A DNA stretch of 64,000 bases, taken from assembly GCA_963981035.1 (NCBI GenBank), contig CAXCCF010000001.1, forward strand, positions 23,006 to 87,005, read 5' to 3'. How positions within the stretch are numbered: position 1 is the stretch's first letter; every line of letters starts with the position of its first letter. This document shows, piece after piece, positions 24,301 to 32,681 of this stretch. This stretch comes from an uncultured euryarchaeote. GTDB lineage: Archaea; Thermoplasmatota; Poseidoniia; Poseidoniales; Poseidoniaceae. The notes under the pieces were generated by a model that did not search any database, was not told the DNA's origin, and saw only the letters and a list, made by a program, of their open reading frames with translations. Made by a program: the position numbers and the translations under genes.

Positions 24301-25564
24301 AGGAGCGAATCCCCCAACCTTCTACGCTGTGTCCAGTTGATGACCATGGCCCTACCCAATCGGAATTAGTATCCGCAGGTTGCGCTCTACAGAATGAACC
24401 TGAAGCACAGGTTTGAGTCAACTGTAGATTTGGATAGCCATATATTCCTTGATCACTATCCAATGTAGCAGCAATAGAGAAATTAGCAAACACTTCAGAC
24501 ATAGTCCTGCCAACTTTACCTGATTGGCCTGATTGTGGCGAGAGTGCTAAGTTTACAACTCCTTGGCCGCCTGTTGCACTATCCTGCACTAATTGCCTAA
24601 CAGCAGGACCTCCCCCTAAATGTTCAGCCAAATACATGGTGAACATATATCCTGCACCGTAATCTGCAATTCTTTGATTCCACCATCTCACACTTATATT
24701 TGGGCTTGATGTCCAAGCATTGACGTGTCCAGTTAGAGTTGAATCTGCACCAAAGCAAAGATATATTGCAACATCTGCATTTCCTTCATCAATCCAAAGA
24801 TTCTCGTAAGGGTCTTGGGCATTATGTAATAGATGCTCCAACTCGTGAGCAAGAATTGATTTACCCCAATTCAATGTAATGTCGGCGTAATCAACAAAAA
24901 CTGCTTCTCTTGAAGCTGCAAAGGAAGGTGAGAAATATCCACCGATATTATACGCACCATCAATATCGTAAATTACAATTTGGACTTGACAATTATTATC
25001 CTTGTCCGGTGGGGCTAATCCTCTTCCATCTTGGTAGTCTTTACCATAGTAAGTAGTCATAGTTGGATATATTGTTTGGTCCCATGTTTGAGCAAGATTA
25101 TTTAGAACTGTGGAAGAAAGAGTTCTTCCAGATTGCACTAGGAATGCTACTGAAGTTGTTGTTTTTGCGACATATGTGCTAACTGAACCACCTGAAGTTG
25201 GCACACTTAGAGTATCGCCTACCACATGCGGTGAACATGCTCTTGCCGATGAACGGCCACTGGTAGATGGTTGAGTTACCATTTCTTCCACACCAGGCAT
25301 TCCCGCTTCAATCCACTTAGTTTTCATGAATGATGAGGCCGAGACGACTTTCTCCTCCTCTTCGATTAACAAATACTCTCTTCCATCTTCAAGATTGAAC
25401 TCTGACAAATCGCCAATTATGATTCCTCCCGCTTCATATGGAACTCTTTCGGAAGCATTATTTTCGCCTGACTGCGCCGCTACCGACAACAGAATCGGAG
25501 ACATGCTAGCCATTAGCAATACCGCTACAAAGATGAAGGCTGGACTAGAGCGTAGTTCCGACAT
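21359..25564 (-). CDS. Large cell-surface zinc metallopeptidase (HExxH, M30/M6-like) with multiple PKD domains
   Basis: Signal peptide. ILAHELEHLLH...WIDEG metal motif. PKD signatures AWDFGDN, DWDWGDG, WSFSDG, TWDFGDA. DRDGDGSPD Ca-type loop. C-terminal TM. ATG 25564 with SD GAGGT. Confidence 0.8.
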   Translation of the reverse strand: MSELRSSPAFIFVAVLLMASMSPILLSVAAQSGENNASERVPYEAGGIIIGDLSEFNLEDGREYLLIEEEEKVVSASSFMKTKWIEAGMPGVEEMVTQPSTSGRSSARACSPHVVGDTLSVPTSGGSVSTYVAKTTTSVAFLVQSGRTLSSTVLNNLAQTWDQTIYPTMTTYYGKDYQDGRGLAPPDKDNNCQVQIVIYDIDGAYNIGGYFSPSFAASREAVFVDYADITLNWGKSILAHELEHLLHNAQDPYENLWIDEGNADVAIYLCFGADSTLTGHVNAWTSSPNISVRWWNQRIADYGAGYMFTMYLAEHLGGGPAVRQLVQDSATGGQGVVNLALSPQSGQSGKVGRTMSEVFANFSIAATLDSDQGIYGYPNLQLTQTCASGSFCRAQPADTNSDWVGPWSSTGHSVEGWGIRSFKFTPGSSSPAPLTMRFTTDVSNFDGVLVSKSTSDGLWSVSELDFQNNVATGLIPGFGNLTDEVWAITWYASTVADCDYTSCGSSYPQGTIDVEAARITSPATVALNTTTLSDRDGDGSPDTAHINYNVLSNAFFEDLDVTVKVKDGFGNEIDSITNRISAGGGVDVEGDVYFTAAITDQYTFDLEMQDMLGTVVDSMTTAPQSLTNMRPTANGSIAPNQTQTWENVQFIGDGFDAWGLSLDNNSLPYYDAPIAYAWDFGDNMSSNLKSPIRHYTSVGTYNTTLRIQDVGGTWSETDIHEIVVNDSTQPVPIITVNNVVIDTEISILTNQKILFSAGRTADNVPTDYLQFDWDWGDGSAQDGVGMYSAHHEWGALNSTNETYTLTLSVSDGINVGMKSILVHVNNRVPVQIWSENMTTYTYTPLVMPDVFKDYDGQIVTYAWSFPEGVNLNGGNLDRTDDFTTTSSAQSNPIVGWDYAGVMTVQLIATDDDGSSSTAQFYVTVLNQIPVADFLVRTTASTGSELIDFRATDGQVDLPYTFDGRNSFDPDGTVGDSSDLTFNWSFSDGTFGDRPQVTHTFTEPGVHNVVLIVTDESGEESITKAMTIRISNPVPIISVKILDAWLDGEIVTDETSFPEGTVAESWSRTFDDDGNTVAAPGTLLFFDSEGTRDGDRRYEGMYVPLETASPEWNGIVSYTWDFGDATPLNHESSPWHSYSLPGEYVVTLTVRDSFGTGDVTRQSFTVIIEKPPVVEEIFIPEDVFEGDVNSLSANITFADNDEMIVYRDLNVADGSISDRDERIESGLLVQWDLDLDIDANENGIYSDDWVSPLAGSRSRVSASWQEAGLVQIRIQACNGLGMCDEMDTDVQVLPDAEAPPSLSDFSVQDWKNWLADAGSDLLTFIVLIAAALILGWFVMREPTEIEEEAKKASETYDVEHVESQGGLLGMDHHAPPPAPSILSKDERRSDDSGYVRPLRRRG

Positions 25565-25652
25565 TTGTATGACCTCAGGGAAACGCATTACTGGTTTCCA
25601 ATATCACTACTTGGAATGAGGTATTTAATACTCGGTCTATGAGGCATCAATA

Positions 25653-26885
25653 ATGCTCTTGCCATCTAGCACCCAAAGTGGAGGGGAAAAACGCCTTATT
25701 GGAGTTTTTTTAGCCTGTTTTTTGCTAGCCAATGTCACTTCGGCAAGCGGCAATACAGATGATCACGTTTGGGACGAATCAATTGACTTTTGCCAGAAAA
25801 CAACTGAACTACAATTCAATGGCACATTAGCAAACCAGAGTGTAACTTGGCAAACTGAACTTGGTCCAAGATTACCTGGTTCAAACGCTTCATTATTGCT
25901 AAGAACATCATTATCTGAAAATCTTACTTCGCTGGGATGGAATGTTGAATTCAGTAGTCATATTTCGCATGAGATAGAACTAACCAATGTAATCGCAACA
26001 TGGAAGCCTCAAAATATAAGTCAAAATGAAACAAATAATTTGGGTCGAATTGTCTTATCAGCACATTATGATAGCAGAAATATAGCCGATAGAGATTCTA
26101 ATGAATCTCTTCGCAACACTCCGATTCTGGGTGCAAATGATGGCGCTAGTGGAGTTGCTGCCCTAATTGAGTTAGGCAGAATAATCCCAAGTATGAATTT
26201 GGACAATGAAGTGATGTTACTATTTTCTGATGCAGAAGATCAAGGCGATAACTACACATTAGGTGCTAAAGCTTGGGCTGATAACTTAACTGGAAATGAA
26301 ATAAACCGCACTGAATCATTTATTCTGCTAGATATGATTGGAGATTCGGATTTGCATTTGACAAAGATTACTCCCTCAACACCAATTTTAACTCAAAACA
26401 TGATACTATTGGGTCAAAAACTTGGGCTCTCAAACCAAGTTGATGGATGCAATGGCCAAAGGTCTGATGTCATTTGGTCCAATCAATCATTACCCGTTTT
26501 CGATGACCATGTTCATGCATTTTATCTTGGAATTCCATCACTGGATATTATTGATTTAGCATACGGGGAAAATGCCGAGCCTTACGAAGGTTATTGGCAT
26601 ACCACTCAAGATACTGCGGATAAAGTGAGTGCGGAATCACTTGAAAGTGTTGGCAGGATTGTAGAATTAGGCTTGTTAACTGGAGCATGGACCTCAATTG
26701 ACACACCTTTAGAACAACTTCAAAAGTCAACTCAATCAAATAATTTAGATGGAGAACAGCCATTAATTATTGAAGATGAAAGCGAAAAAGGTATGGATTC
26801 TTCAATAACATTGGCAATATTATCTACAAGTGTTCTTGTCCTTTGCACTATTTGCTTGATTATTCTTAGGCGATTTGTTGAATGA
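25653..26885 (+). CDS. M28 family peptidase (glutaminyl cyclase-like), membrane anchored
   Basis: SAHYDSR, GANDGASG, DAED, LDMIG, DDHVHAF, YWHTTQDT and a C-terminal TM. Confidence 0.88.
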   Translation: MLLPSSTQSGGEKRLIGVFLACFLLANVTSASGNTDDHVWDESIDFCQKTTELQFNGTLANQSVTWQTELGPRLPGSNASLLLRTSLSENLTSLGWNVEFSSHISHEIELTNVIATWKPQNISQNETNNLGRIVLSAHYDSRNIADRDSNESLRNTPILGANDGASGVAALIELGRIIPSMNLDNEVMLLFSDAEDQGDNYTLGAKAWADNLTGNEINRTESFILLDMIGDSDLHLTKITPSTPILTQNMILLGQKLGLSNQVDGCNGQRSDVIWSNQSLPVFDDHVHAFYLGIPSLDIIDLAYGENAEPYEGYWHTTQDTADKVSAESLESVGRIVELGLLTGAWTSIDTPLEQLQKSTQSNNLDGEQPLIIEDESEKGMDSSITLAILSTSVLVLCTICLIILRRFVE

Positions 26886-26898
26886 TTCTCTAATATAT

Positions 26899-26935
26899 TG
26901 CGCGGACCGCACAGGAAAGGGGTAATATCCGCGCA
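26899..26935. other. GC-rich inverted repeat (hairpin) between the M28 gene and the next gene
   Basis: TGCGCGGA (26899-26906) and TCCGCGCA (26928-26935), 21-nt spacer. Confidence 0.4.
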
Positions 26936-26970
26936 CGACACCCTACGGTTTGAGCGGAGGTTGCAATAGC

Positions 26971-27849
26971 ATGTCAGAGCAGAGCATTGAAGAGAGAAAG
27001 GCTGCACTAAAGGAGCGTGTTAAGGAACAACTCCAAGCCTCTCAAGATGCTACTGAACAAAGAGCGATTGCTTCCAGTGAAGAATTGGTAATCAGTGTTG
27101 AAGAAGTGGATGCTGCAGTCGAATTAGCGGCTGAAGAAACAAAACAACGATGGATAAGATTGGAGGAAGTTGAAAGAGGACGATGGAGAGCAATTGCTGC
27201 TTCTTTGATTCTATTGGGTTCATTGTTAGGAATGATGAGCGGAGCCTTGATCCTGCAAGGAAACCCTGGCGACATCATTTCTTCATCATTCTTCGCACCT
27301 ACAGATTCAGTTGACCTCATCGGCTCTGCAATTCAAGCAGAAGAAGGTTTTGAAGTTGAAGATGTTACCGTAGAATTAATTGACATCGAATCAAATACAG
27401 TCTTACGTACTACGAAAACAGACTCTAATGGATTATTTTTCTTAGACAATGTTATTTCTGAATTACATTTGTTGAAACTGTCTAAAGATGGCTATAATAC
27501 AATGGAGTTGAAAATAATACCAGAACAAGCAGGTGTTGGTCCAATAACAATGTCCTACGGTAATGAAACGATTTCAAGAGACCATCATACAATAGCACAA
27601 GGATGGGACCTAGAAAGTGCAGTTGGTCTTTCAACAGCGATTGGCATACTAACTGTTATCACCGGAATGGTAGGTATTCAAGCAGCTGTAGAAGTTAGAA
27701 GAGGACGGCGATACAGAAGAACACAATATCTAGCAGGAATTGCCCTTTTCAGTAGAGGATTGATCGTTTTTGGACCTGCATTAATCCTTGCTGGAATGAT
27801 TACGATGGTTTTCATTAGAGAACAATTCGATGATTATCAGGAGGTTTGA
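26971..27849 (+). CDS. Membrane protein with carboxypeptidase regulatory-like (beta-sandwich) domain
   Basis: Charged N-terminal helix, TM, then VEDVTVELID...TKTDSNGLFFLDNV...LKLSKDGYN, then two more TMs. ATG 26971 with SD GGAGG. Confidence 0.65.
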   Translation: MSEQSIEERKAALKERVKEQLQASQDATEQRAIASSEELVISVEEVDAAVELAAEETKQRWIRLEEVERGRWRAIAASLILLGSLLGMMSGALILQGNPGDIISSSFFAPTDSVDLIGSAIQAEEGFEVEDVTVELIDIESNTVLRTTKTDSNGLFFLDNVISELHLLKLSKDGYNTMELKIIPEQAGVGPITMSYGNETISRDHHTIAQGWDLESAVGLSTAIGILTVITGMVGIQAAVEVRRGRRYRRTQYLAGIALFSRGLIVFGPALILAGMITMVFIREQFDDYQEV

Positions 27850-29207
27850 GTTTGTATCTCATTACTGTTGAGGGGGGTGACGGTTCCGGAAAAGGAGAAG
27901 CGGCAAGAATTCTTCAAGAATTAGTTTCTGATTTTCCCTTCCCTGGTTATCATTCAACCCATGAACCTAGAAGGCATAGTGAGTTAGGTAAACTTGCTTT
28001 AGCATCTGTCAAATTAGGCGACAAAACTCCTCTTGAAGAAGCGGGATTATTTGCTGCGGATAGATTAGACCATTCACATACATGGATTAGACCATTACTA
28101 GCAAAAGGACATGTCGTAATATCGGATAGAAATATCCACTCCTCACTGATTTATCAGGGAGTTGTAGGGGAGTTAGGATTAGAACAAGTTGCAAAAATGA
28201 ATGCAGCATCGATGATTCCCGACCTAGTTTTTTGGATAGATTGCGACCCTGATAAAGCCATTCAACGAATTAGAAGTGGTACATTGAGGATGACAAGTGG
28301 GAAAAAAGAATATTTTGAAACTCCTGAAATTCAAAAGACGATAAGAAAGGGTTTCAACGACCTATTGTCGGGAAAAATCACTGTTCCTCCACCCTTTGAC
28401 AAGTGTTGTGTTATCGGCCCAATCCTCAATGAAGGGGGTTTGGATGAACTACGCAGAAAATTGAGAAAGGAATTACGCGCATTTTTCAATAGAAGGCCTG
28501 TTCCTCTGAATGTTGATGCTGATGAAGTTGATAGATACCTATTGAGTACACTGGTTAGCGATGTGAAAAAACAAACAAGGTTACCGGGGGCACCACAAGA
28601 AAAGGCATCGATGAATATTGGCTGGCTTTCAGGTGAATCTCCATCGAACTGGATGAATTTCGCAGAAAAAAATTGGCCCAAAAAATCAGCGAAATCATTT
28701 GATGTCCCAGCAAGCCCCCATGCTCAATCATGTTGGGCGGTATTAGGTACACTCTCACTAATTGCAGGTTCAAGTGAAATCCCGAGATTACACAAATCAC
28801 TTGGTCCTCATCGAATGGTAACTCAAAGACATACTCAAAGATTGGTTAGATGGTTACAAAAGGAATGGTGGATACATAAACAGCAATCTCACGTTCCTTT
28901 CGCTGATGCACAAATGTTCAAATTAAGAGATGACAAGATAGGTTACTGTCGCTTGGCATTAGCAATGTGGCCATTACGTCCATCGCTTGCTTCATGGAGA
29001 AGATCGAATCCTCAAGGTGAATGGAAGGACGCTTTGGCCGAGATACTGCTTTTAGGGCAAGAAAAATCACCTCCTCCGGCAATAAGGAAAGCTGTTGCTA
29101 ATGTAATCTCAAGATTGGAAATGCTTACCAGTGGGCATGAAAATTGCCCTGTCCCACAGAATATTGAGGAATTGGTCGTGTGGTGGAGTATGGAGCCACC
29201 TGAGTAA
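27846..29207 (+). CDS. tmk: Thymidylate kinase fused to a ~230-aa uncharacterised C-terminal domain
   Basis: ITVEGGDGSGKG P-loop, THEP, FAADR, VISDRNIHSSLIYQG, PDLVFWID. Length 453 aa versus ~210 for a typical Tmk. Confidence 0.85.
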   Translation: MSLYLITVEGGDGSGKGEAARILQELVSDFPFPGYHSTHEPRRHSELGKLALASVKLGDKTPLEEAGLFAADRLDHSHTWIRPLLAKGHVVISDRNIHSSLIYQGVVGELGLEQVAKMNAASMIPDLVFWIDCDPDKAIQRIRSGTLRMTSGKKEYFETPEIQKTIRKGFNDLLSGKITVPPPFDKCCVIGPILNEGGLDELRRKLRKELRAFFNRRPVPLNVDADEVDRYLLSTLVSDVKKQTRLPGAPQEKASMNIGWLSGESPSNWMNFAEKNWPKKSAKSFDVPASPHAQSCWAVLGTLSLIAGSSEIPRLHKSLGPHRMVTQRHTQRLVRWLQKEWWIHKQQSHVPFADAQMFKLRDDKIGYCRLALAMWPLRPSLASWRRSNPQGEWKDALAEILLLGQEKSPPPAIRKAVANVISRLEMLTSGHENCPVPQNIEELVVWWSMEPPE

Positions 29208-29209
29208 AT

Positions 29210-29980
29210 TTATTCCTCTTCGGATTCTTTTTGTAACTCAAATTTGGCTCCACCTGGCAACTCTACTTGGCTTGCTGAGTCAAACTTTACGGGCCTTGCA
29301 GAATACATTGAAGCAATCAATATTCCAAGGCCCATACCAAATGGACCCCCTGTTAGCGGTCTGGTGAAATTATTTGATTCATAGTTAGTCAATAATTGTG
29401 TGAATCCATCAATGATTAATGGAACGCAGAATAACATGCCAAGCCCTAACCAAGCAATTGTTCTATGGTTGCCTCTATAGATTTTCTCCAACCAATTATC
29501 GGGAATAATTGACAAACAAGTATCTTTGATTGTCCAACGATTATATCCTCTTCTAGAAAACACAAATCCACCTATTGCTAATCCTAAGAAAATCCCAATA
29601 TCTCTAGTGCATACTGGCATTTGATTGCCATTGATTTCCCAAGACCTTTCATGCTTATTATGACAATTCAAATCTCCAAATGCATAAATAAATCCAGTAT
29701 ATGGATCTAATTCAGTCCATGCAAATTCATTGTGAGTATGTATTGTACCATCTTCGTGAGAATGCAATAGTAATGATTCTTCACTATTCCCAGACGATGC
29801 AAAACCGTCTGATGTAGCAAAATCAAGTGCGTTAGCCCGACCTGAAATATTGGTGACACTACCTTCTGGAAGGATTAAGGGTGCGACAAAAAATGATACG
29901 AAAAAAAAACCACAGATATAGAATATCCAAAGCCCAACTTTCCTTTCAGGCTGGCGATTAGTCAGCCCATTCTTCCCCAT
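29210..29980 (-). CDS. DUF2085 family membrane protein
   Basis: CHNKHERSW.INGNQMPVCTRDIGIFLG, PLIIDGFTQL..NYESNN. His-rich loop HSHEDGTIHTH. Confidence 0.8.
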   Translation of the reverse strand: MGKNGLTNRQPERKVGLWIFYICGFFFVSFFVAPLILPEGSVTNISGRANALDFATSDGFASSGNSEESLLLHSHEDGTIHTHNEFAWTELDPYTGFIYAFGDLNCHNKHERSWEINGNQMPVCTRDIGIFLGLAIGGFVFSRRGYNRWTIKDTCLSIIPDNWLEKIYRGNHRTIAWLGLGMLFCVPLIIDGFTQLLTNYESNNFTRPLTGGPFGMGLGILIASMYSARPVKFDSASQVELPGGAKFELQKESEEE

Positions 29981-30025
29981 GGCAATCCTAATTGAAGGTG
30001 GATTATATCCTTTTTCTGCAAAGCA

Positions 30026-30688
30026 TTGATGTCATTTGTCAATTTCCTTGACCACATGGGAGAACTTGAAGGTGAGCCTGTTGGCTTAGCCACTGGCATG
30101 GAGGCTGGTGGATTCCTAGGCCTTTACCTCGGTTTCTCATTAGCTGTGGTTTCTGTCTTAACCGACCCAAGTGAATTACGTCGATTGGTAACTCTACTAT
30201 GTCTGCCACCTATAATAATGTCAATCATTCTCGGCCCATTTCTTGCCAAAAGAAGAAGGCCAGTCGTTATGGCTGATGAACCATTAAAAATTGCAAGAGA
30301 AGCATTACAAATTCACAATGAAGGACAAGGAAAATGGCGTTCATTAAGCCATATTGTGAGCGATGGAAGAACTATTAGAATTGATATGCACAACTTGACC
30401 AATGTAGAAAATGTTGTCAAAGATGCTCTGATTTTAGCAGAAAAGTATCCAGTTAGATTCATTGTAGGCCGAGGTAAAAGTAGTAGTAGCCAACAAAATC
30501 TAAGAAATAGAGTTCTGACATATGTTGAAAATAATGTTAATATTACAAGACGAAATAGAAGTGCGAAATCTATTGAAGTAATTCCACAACCTTCTGCAGA
30601 GCACTTAAACTACCAAAGAAGAACAAATAAATTGTTAATTATCTTACTACCTATCATCTCATTTTTCGCTTGGTTGGAAATGCGCTAA
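30026..30688 (+). CDS. Membrane protein containing an Smr-like domain
   Basis: RIDMHNL (compare DLHG) and VRFIVGRGKSS (compare IITGRG) lie between two N-terminal TMs and one C-terminal TM. Confidence 0.6.
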   Translation: MMSFVNFLDHMGELEGEPVGLATGMEAGGFLGLYLGFSLAVVSVLTDPSELRRLVTLLCLPPIIMSIILGPFLAKRRRPVVMADEPLKIAREALQIHNEGQGKWRSLSHIVSDGRTIRIDMHNLTNVENVVKDALILAEKYPVRFIVGRGKSSSSQQNLRNRVLTYVENNVNITRRNRSAKSIEVIPQPSAEHLNYQRRTNKLLIILLPIISFFAWLEMR

Positions 30689-30745
30689 GAGACATATACA
30701 GATTTTGGCATTGCACTTATCAGTCATTAACCACTGGGACCCTTT

Positions 30746-31627
30746 ATGCGAGAGGTGACTTTTTTTTGGAAAAAAGAGCGCCTGCTCAACATCGATGTTG
30801 GCCCGATGTATGAAATTGTCAAGCAAATCGTATTTTTATCATATGTAAAAAGAGTCCCAAAAGACATACGTTGTTTGTTTAAAGTAGATTTTTTGGAAGG
30901 CAAAACACCTGAACTTCTCAATGAATTGTATTATCTGGAAGTTCTTGAGGTTCTACATGAACCGATTGATGATTCGGGAACATATATTCTTTTGATGCGG
31001 ATTGATCATTCATTGCCAAATCTAAATGCTCGAACTGGCGGCTCTACTACTATGGCAGGAAGTAAACTTGATGAGGAGGGTATGACCTATACCATCCAAG
31101 GTCAATCAATGAAACTTAGGTTATTATCTGGAGTTGCAAGATTGATGTTAAAACCTGATAGAACCAGTGCACGTGCACTCAATATCAACATTGGCGATAA
31201 TAGTGGTCCACTAAAACCAAAGCAGATGAAATTGGCAAAATATGCCTATGACCAAGGATATTATGATATTCCTAAGCGTGTAAGAATTACAGACTTGTCT
31301 GAAGGAATGGGGCTTGCTAGAGCAACTGTTTCTGAGCATTTAAGCCGAATTGAAGCAATAATAATGGATGACATGTTCTCATCTTTTGACCGACAATATC
31401 TGACACCTAATGAAATGAAGGAAATTGTTGTGTCTATTGAAAATGAAGCAATTGACAACAATAATATTGAATCTGAAAGTTTCCAAAGATTATTATCAAC
31501 AATAAAAGAAAACATAAAGGCTGAAGAAAGTTCAATGAAATTGAAAAACGAAACATTTGAAGAAGTATCTAATAGTGAAATAGAAAAATCAATGAGTTCG
31601 TATTTTCAAAAAAACAGTAACTCGTGA
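30746..31627 (+). CDS. Transcriptional regulator with HTH_10 (bacterio-opsin activator-type) domain
   Basis: LKPKQMKLAKYAYDQGYYDIPKRVRITDLSEGMGLARATVSEHLSRIE. Confidence 0.85.
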   Translation: MREVTFFWKKERLLNIDVGPMYEIVKQIVFLSYVKRVPKDIRCLFKVDFLEGKTPELLNELYYLEVLEVLHEPIDDSGTYILLMRIDHSLPNLNARTGGSTTMAGSKLDEEGMTYTIQGQSMKLRLLSGVARLMLKPDRTSARALNINIGDNSGPLKPKQMKLAKYAYDQGYYDIPKRVRITDLSEGMGLARATVSEHLSRIEAIIMDDMFSSFDRQYLTPNEMKEIVVSIENEAIDNNNIESESFQRLLSTIKENIKAEESSMKLKNETFEEVSNSEIEKSMSSYFQKNSNS

Positions 31628-31649
31628 ACTGATTTAAAGGAGGATTTTC

Positions 31650-32636
31650 ATGAGTGAACAAAATGAAATGAAAGCACTATTGAAGCGCTTAGAAAATAAT
31701 GGAGTCCCACTGACGGATGAAATAAAACAAGCAATGCTGGAAATTGAAGTAGGATATTTTACTGATTTTGAAACATCGGATTATTTTGCTGACCGTCCGA
31801 TTACATTTTTACAGGGTGAGAATGGTGCAGTAAAAACAATTTCAGCACCTCATATGATTGCAACTCTATTACATCATTTGGAATTAAAGAAAGGCAATGA
31901 TGTCGTAATAATTGGCTGTAAAAGTGGATATATCGCAGCACTGATTGCCTTAATAGTTGGTGAAAAAGGAACTGTCAAGGTTCTTGACCCCTCGCAAAAT
32001 GTTATCCAACATGCAAAATCTCGATTGACTCATTGGCCCACAATAGAAGTGCGGCATATTGAATCTCTACATATTTCACCTATCGCTTTCCCTGGAGAGT
32101 TAAACCGAGTATTGGTCACAGGACAAATAAAAGAATTGCCGCAGTGGATTATTTCTAGAGTTTCAGAATCTGGGTTCGTAATAGCCCCAATCGGTGGAAT
32201 TACCGGTCAAAAATTAATGAAACTAGAATGCCAAGAAGGCGAATTGCTTCCAACAGACCTCGGGCATGTCAGTTTTGGTCCCGTAAATATTGCTGATGCA
32301 GGAATAGGACCAGTTAGTCCAAATGAATTAGCAGATATTTTAGAATTGGCGATTGAAACATTCCAAGAAATGGAATTAATTTCCGAAGAAGAACAATGTT
32401 CAATTACAGATTTAATAATTGATTTGCGGGATTTGCCTGATGATTTGCCACCTCCTGGTGAAGATAATACTGCAATTGAAGATCACCCAATGATTCGCCT
32501 GTTGTATCAAGCATCACCTTCATTCATTCGCTTGTGGCCATTACTACACCTAATGGTTCAGCCCAATTTAGCAAACCCTGGTGGATATGATATTGATAGG
32601 GATGAAGAATTTGACTCGGATAACTTTGGAATCTGA
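31650..32636 (+). CDS. pcm: Protein-L-isoaspartate O-methyltransferase-like protein with acidic C-terminal extension
   Basis: TISAPHMIATLLHHLEL, IGCKSGYIAAL, VIAPIG, FGP. Motif I is atypical. Confidence 0.75.
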   Translation: MSEQNEMKALLKRLENNGVPLTDEIKQAMLEIEVGYFTDFETSDYFADRPITFLQGENGAVKTISAPHMIATLLHHLELKKGNDVVIIGCKSGYIAALIALIVGEKGTVKVLDPSQNVIQHAKSRLTHWPTIEVRHIESLHISPIAFPGELNRVLVTGQIKELPQWIISRVSESGFVIAPIGGITGQKLMKLECQEGELLPTDLGHVSFGPVNIADAGIGPVSPNELADILELAIETFQEMELISEEEQCSITDLIIDLRDLPDDLPPPGEDNTAIEDHPMIRLLYQASPSFIRLWPLLHLMVQPNLANPGGYDIDRDEEFDSDNFGI

Positions 32637-32681
32637 ATCTCCAGCCACAGCCGCTATAATGAGATGTAAGGTGGGAAGATT

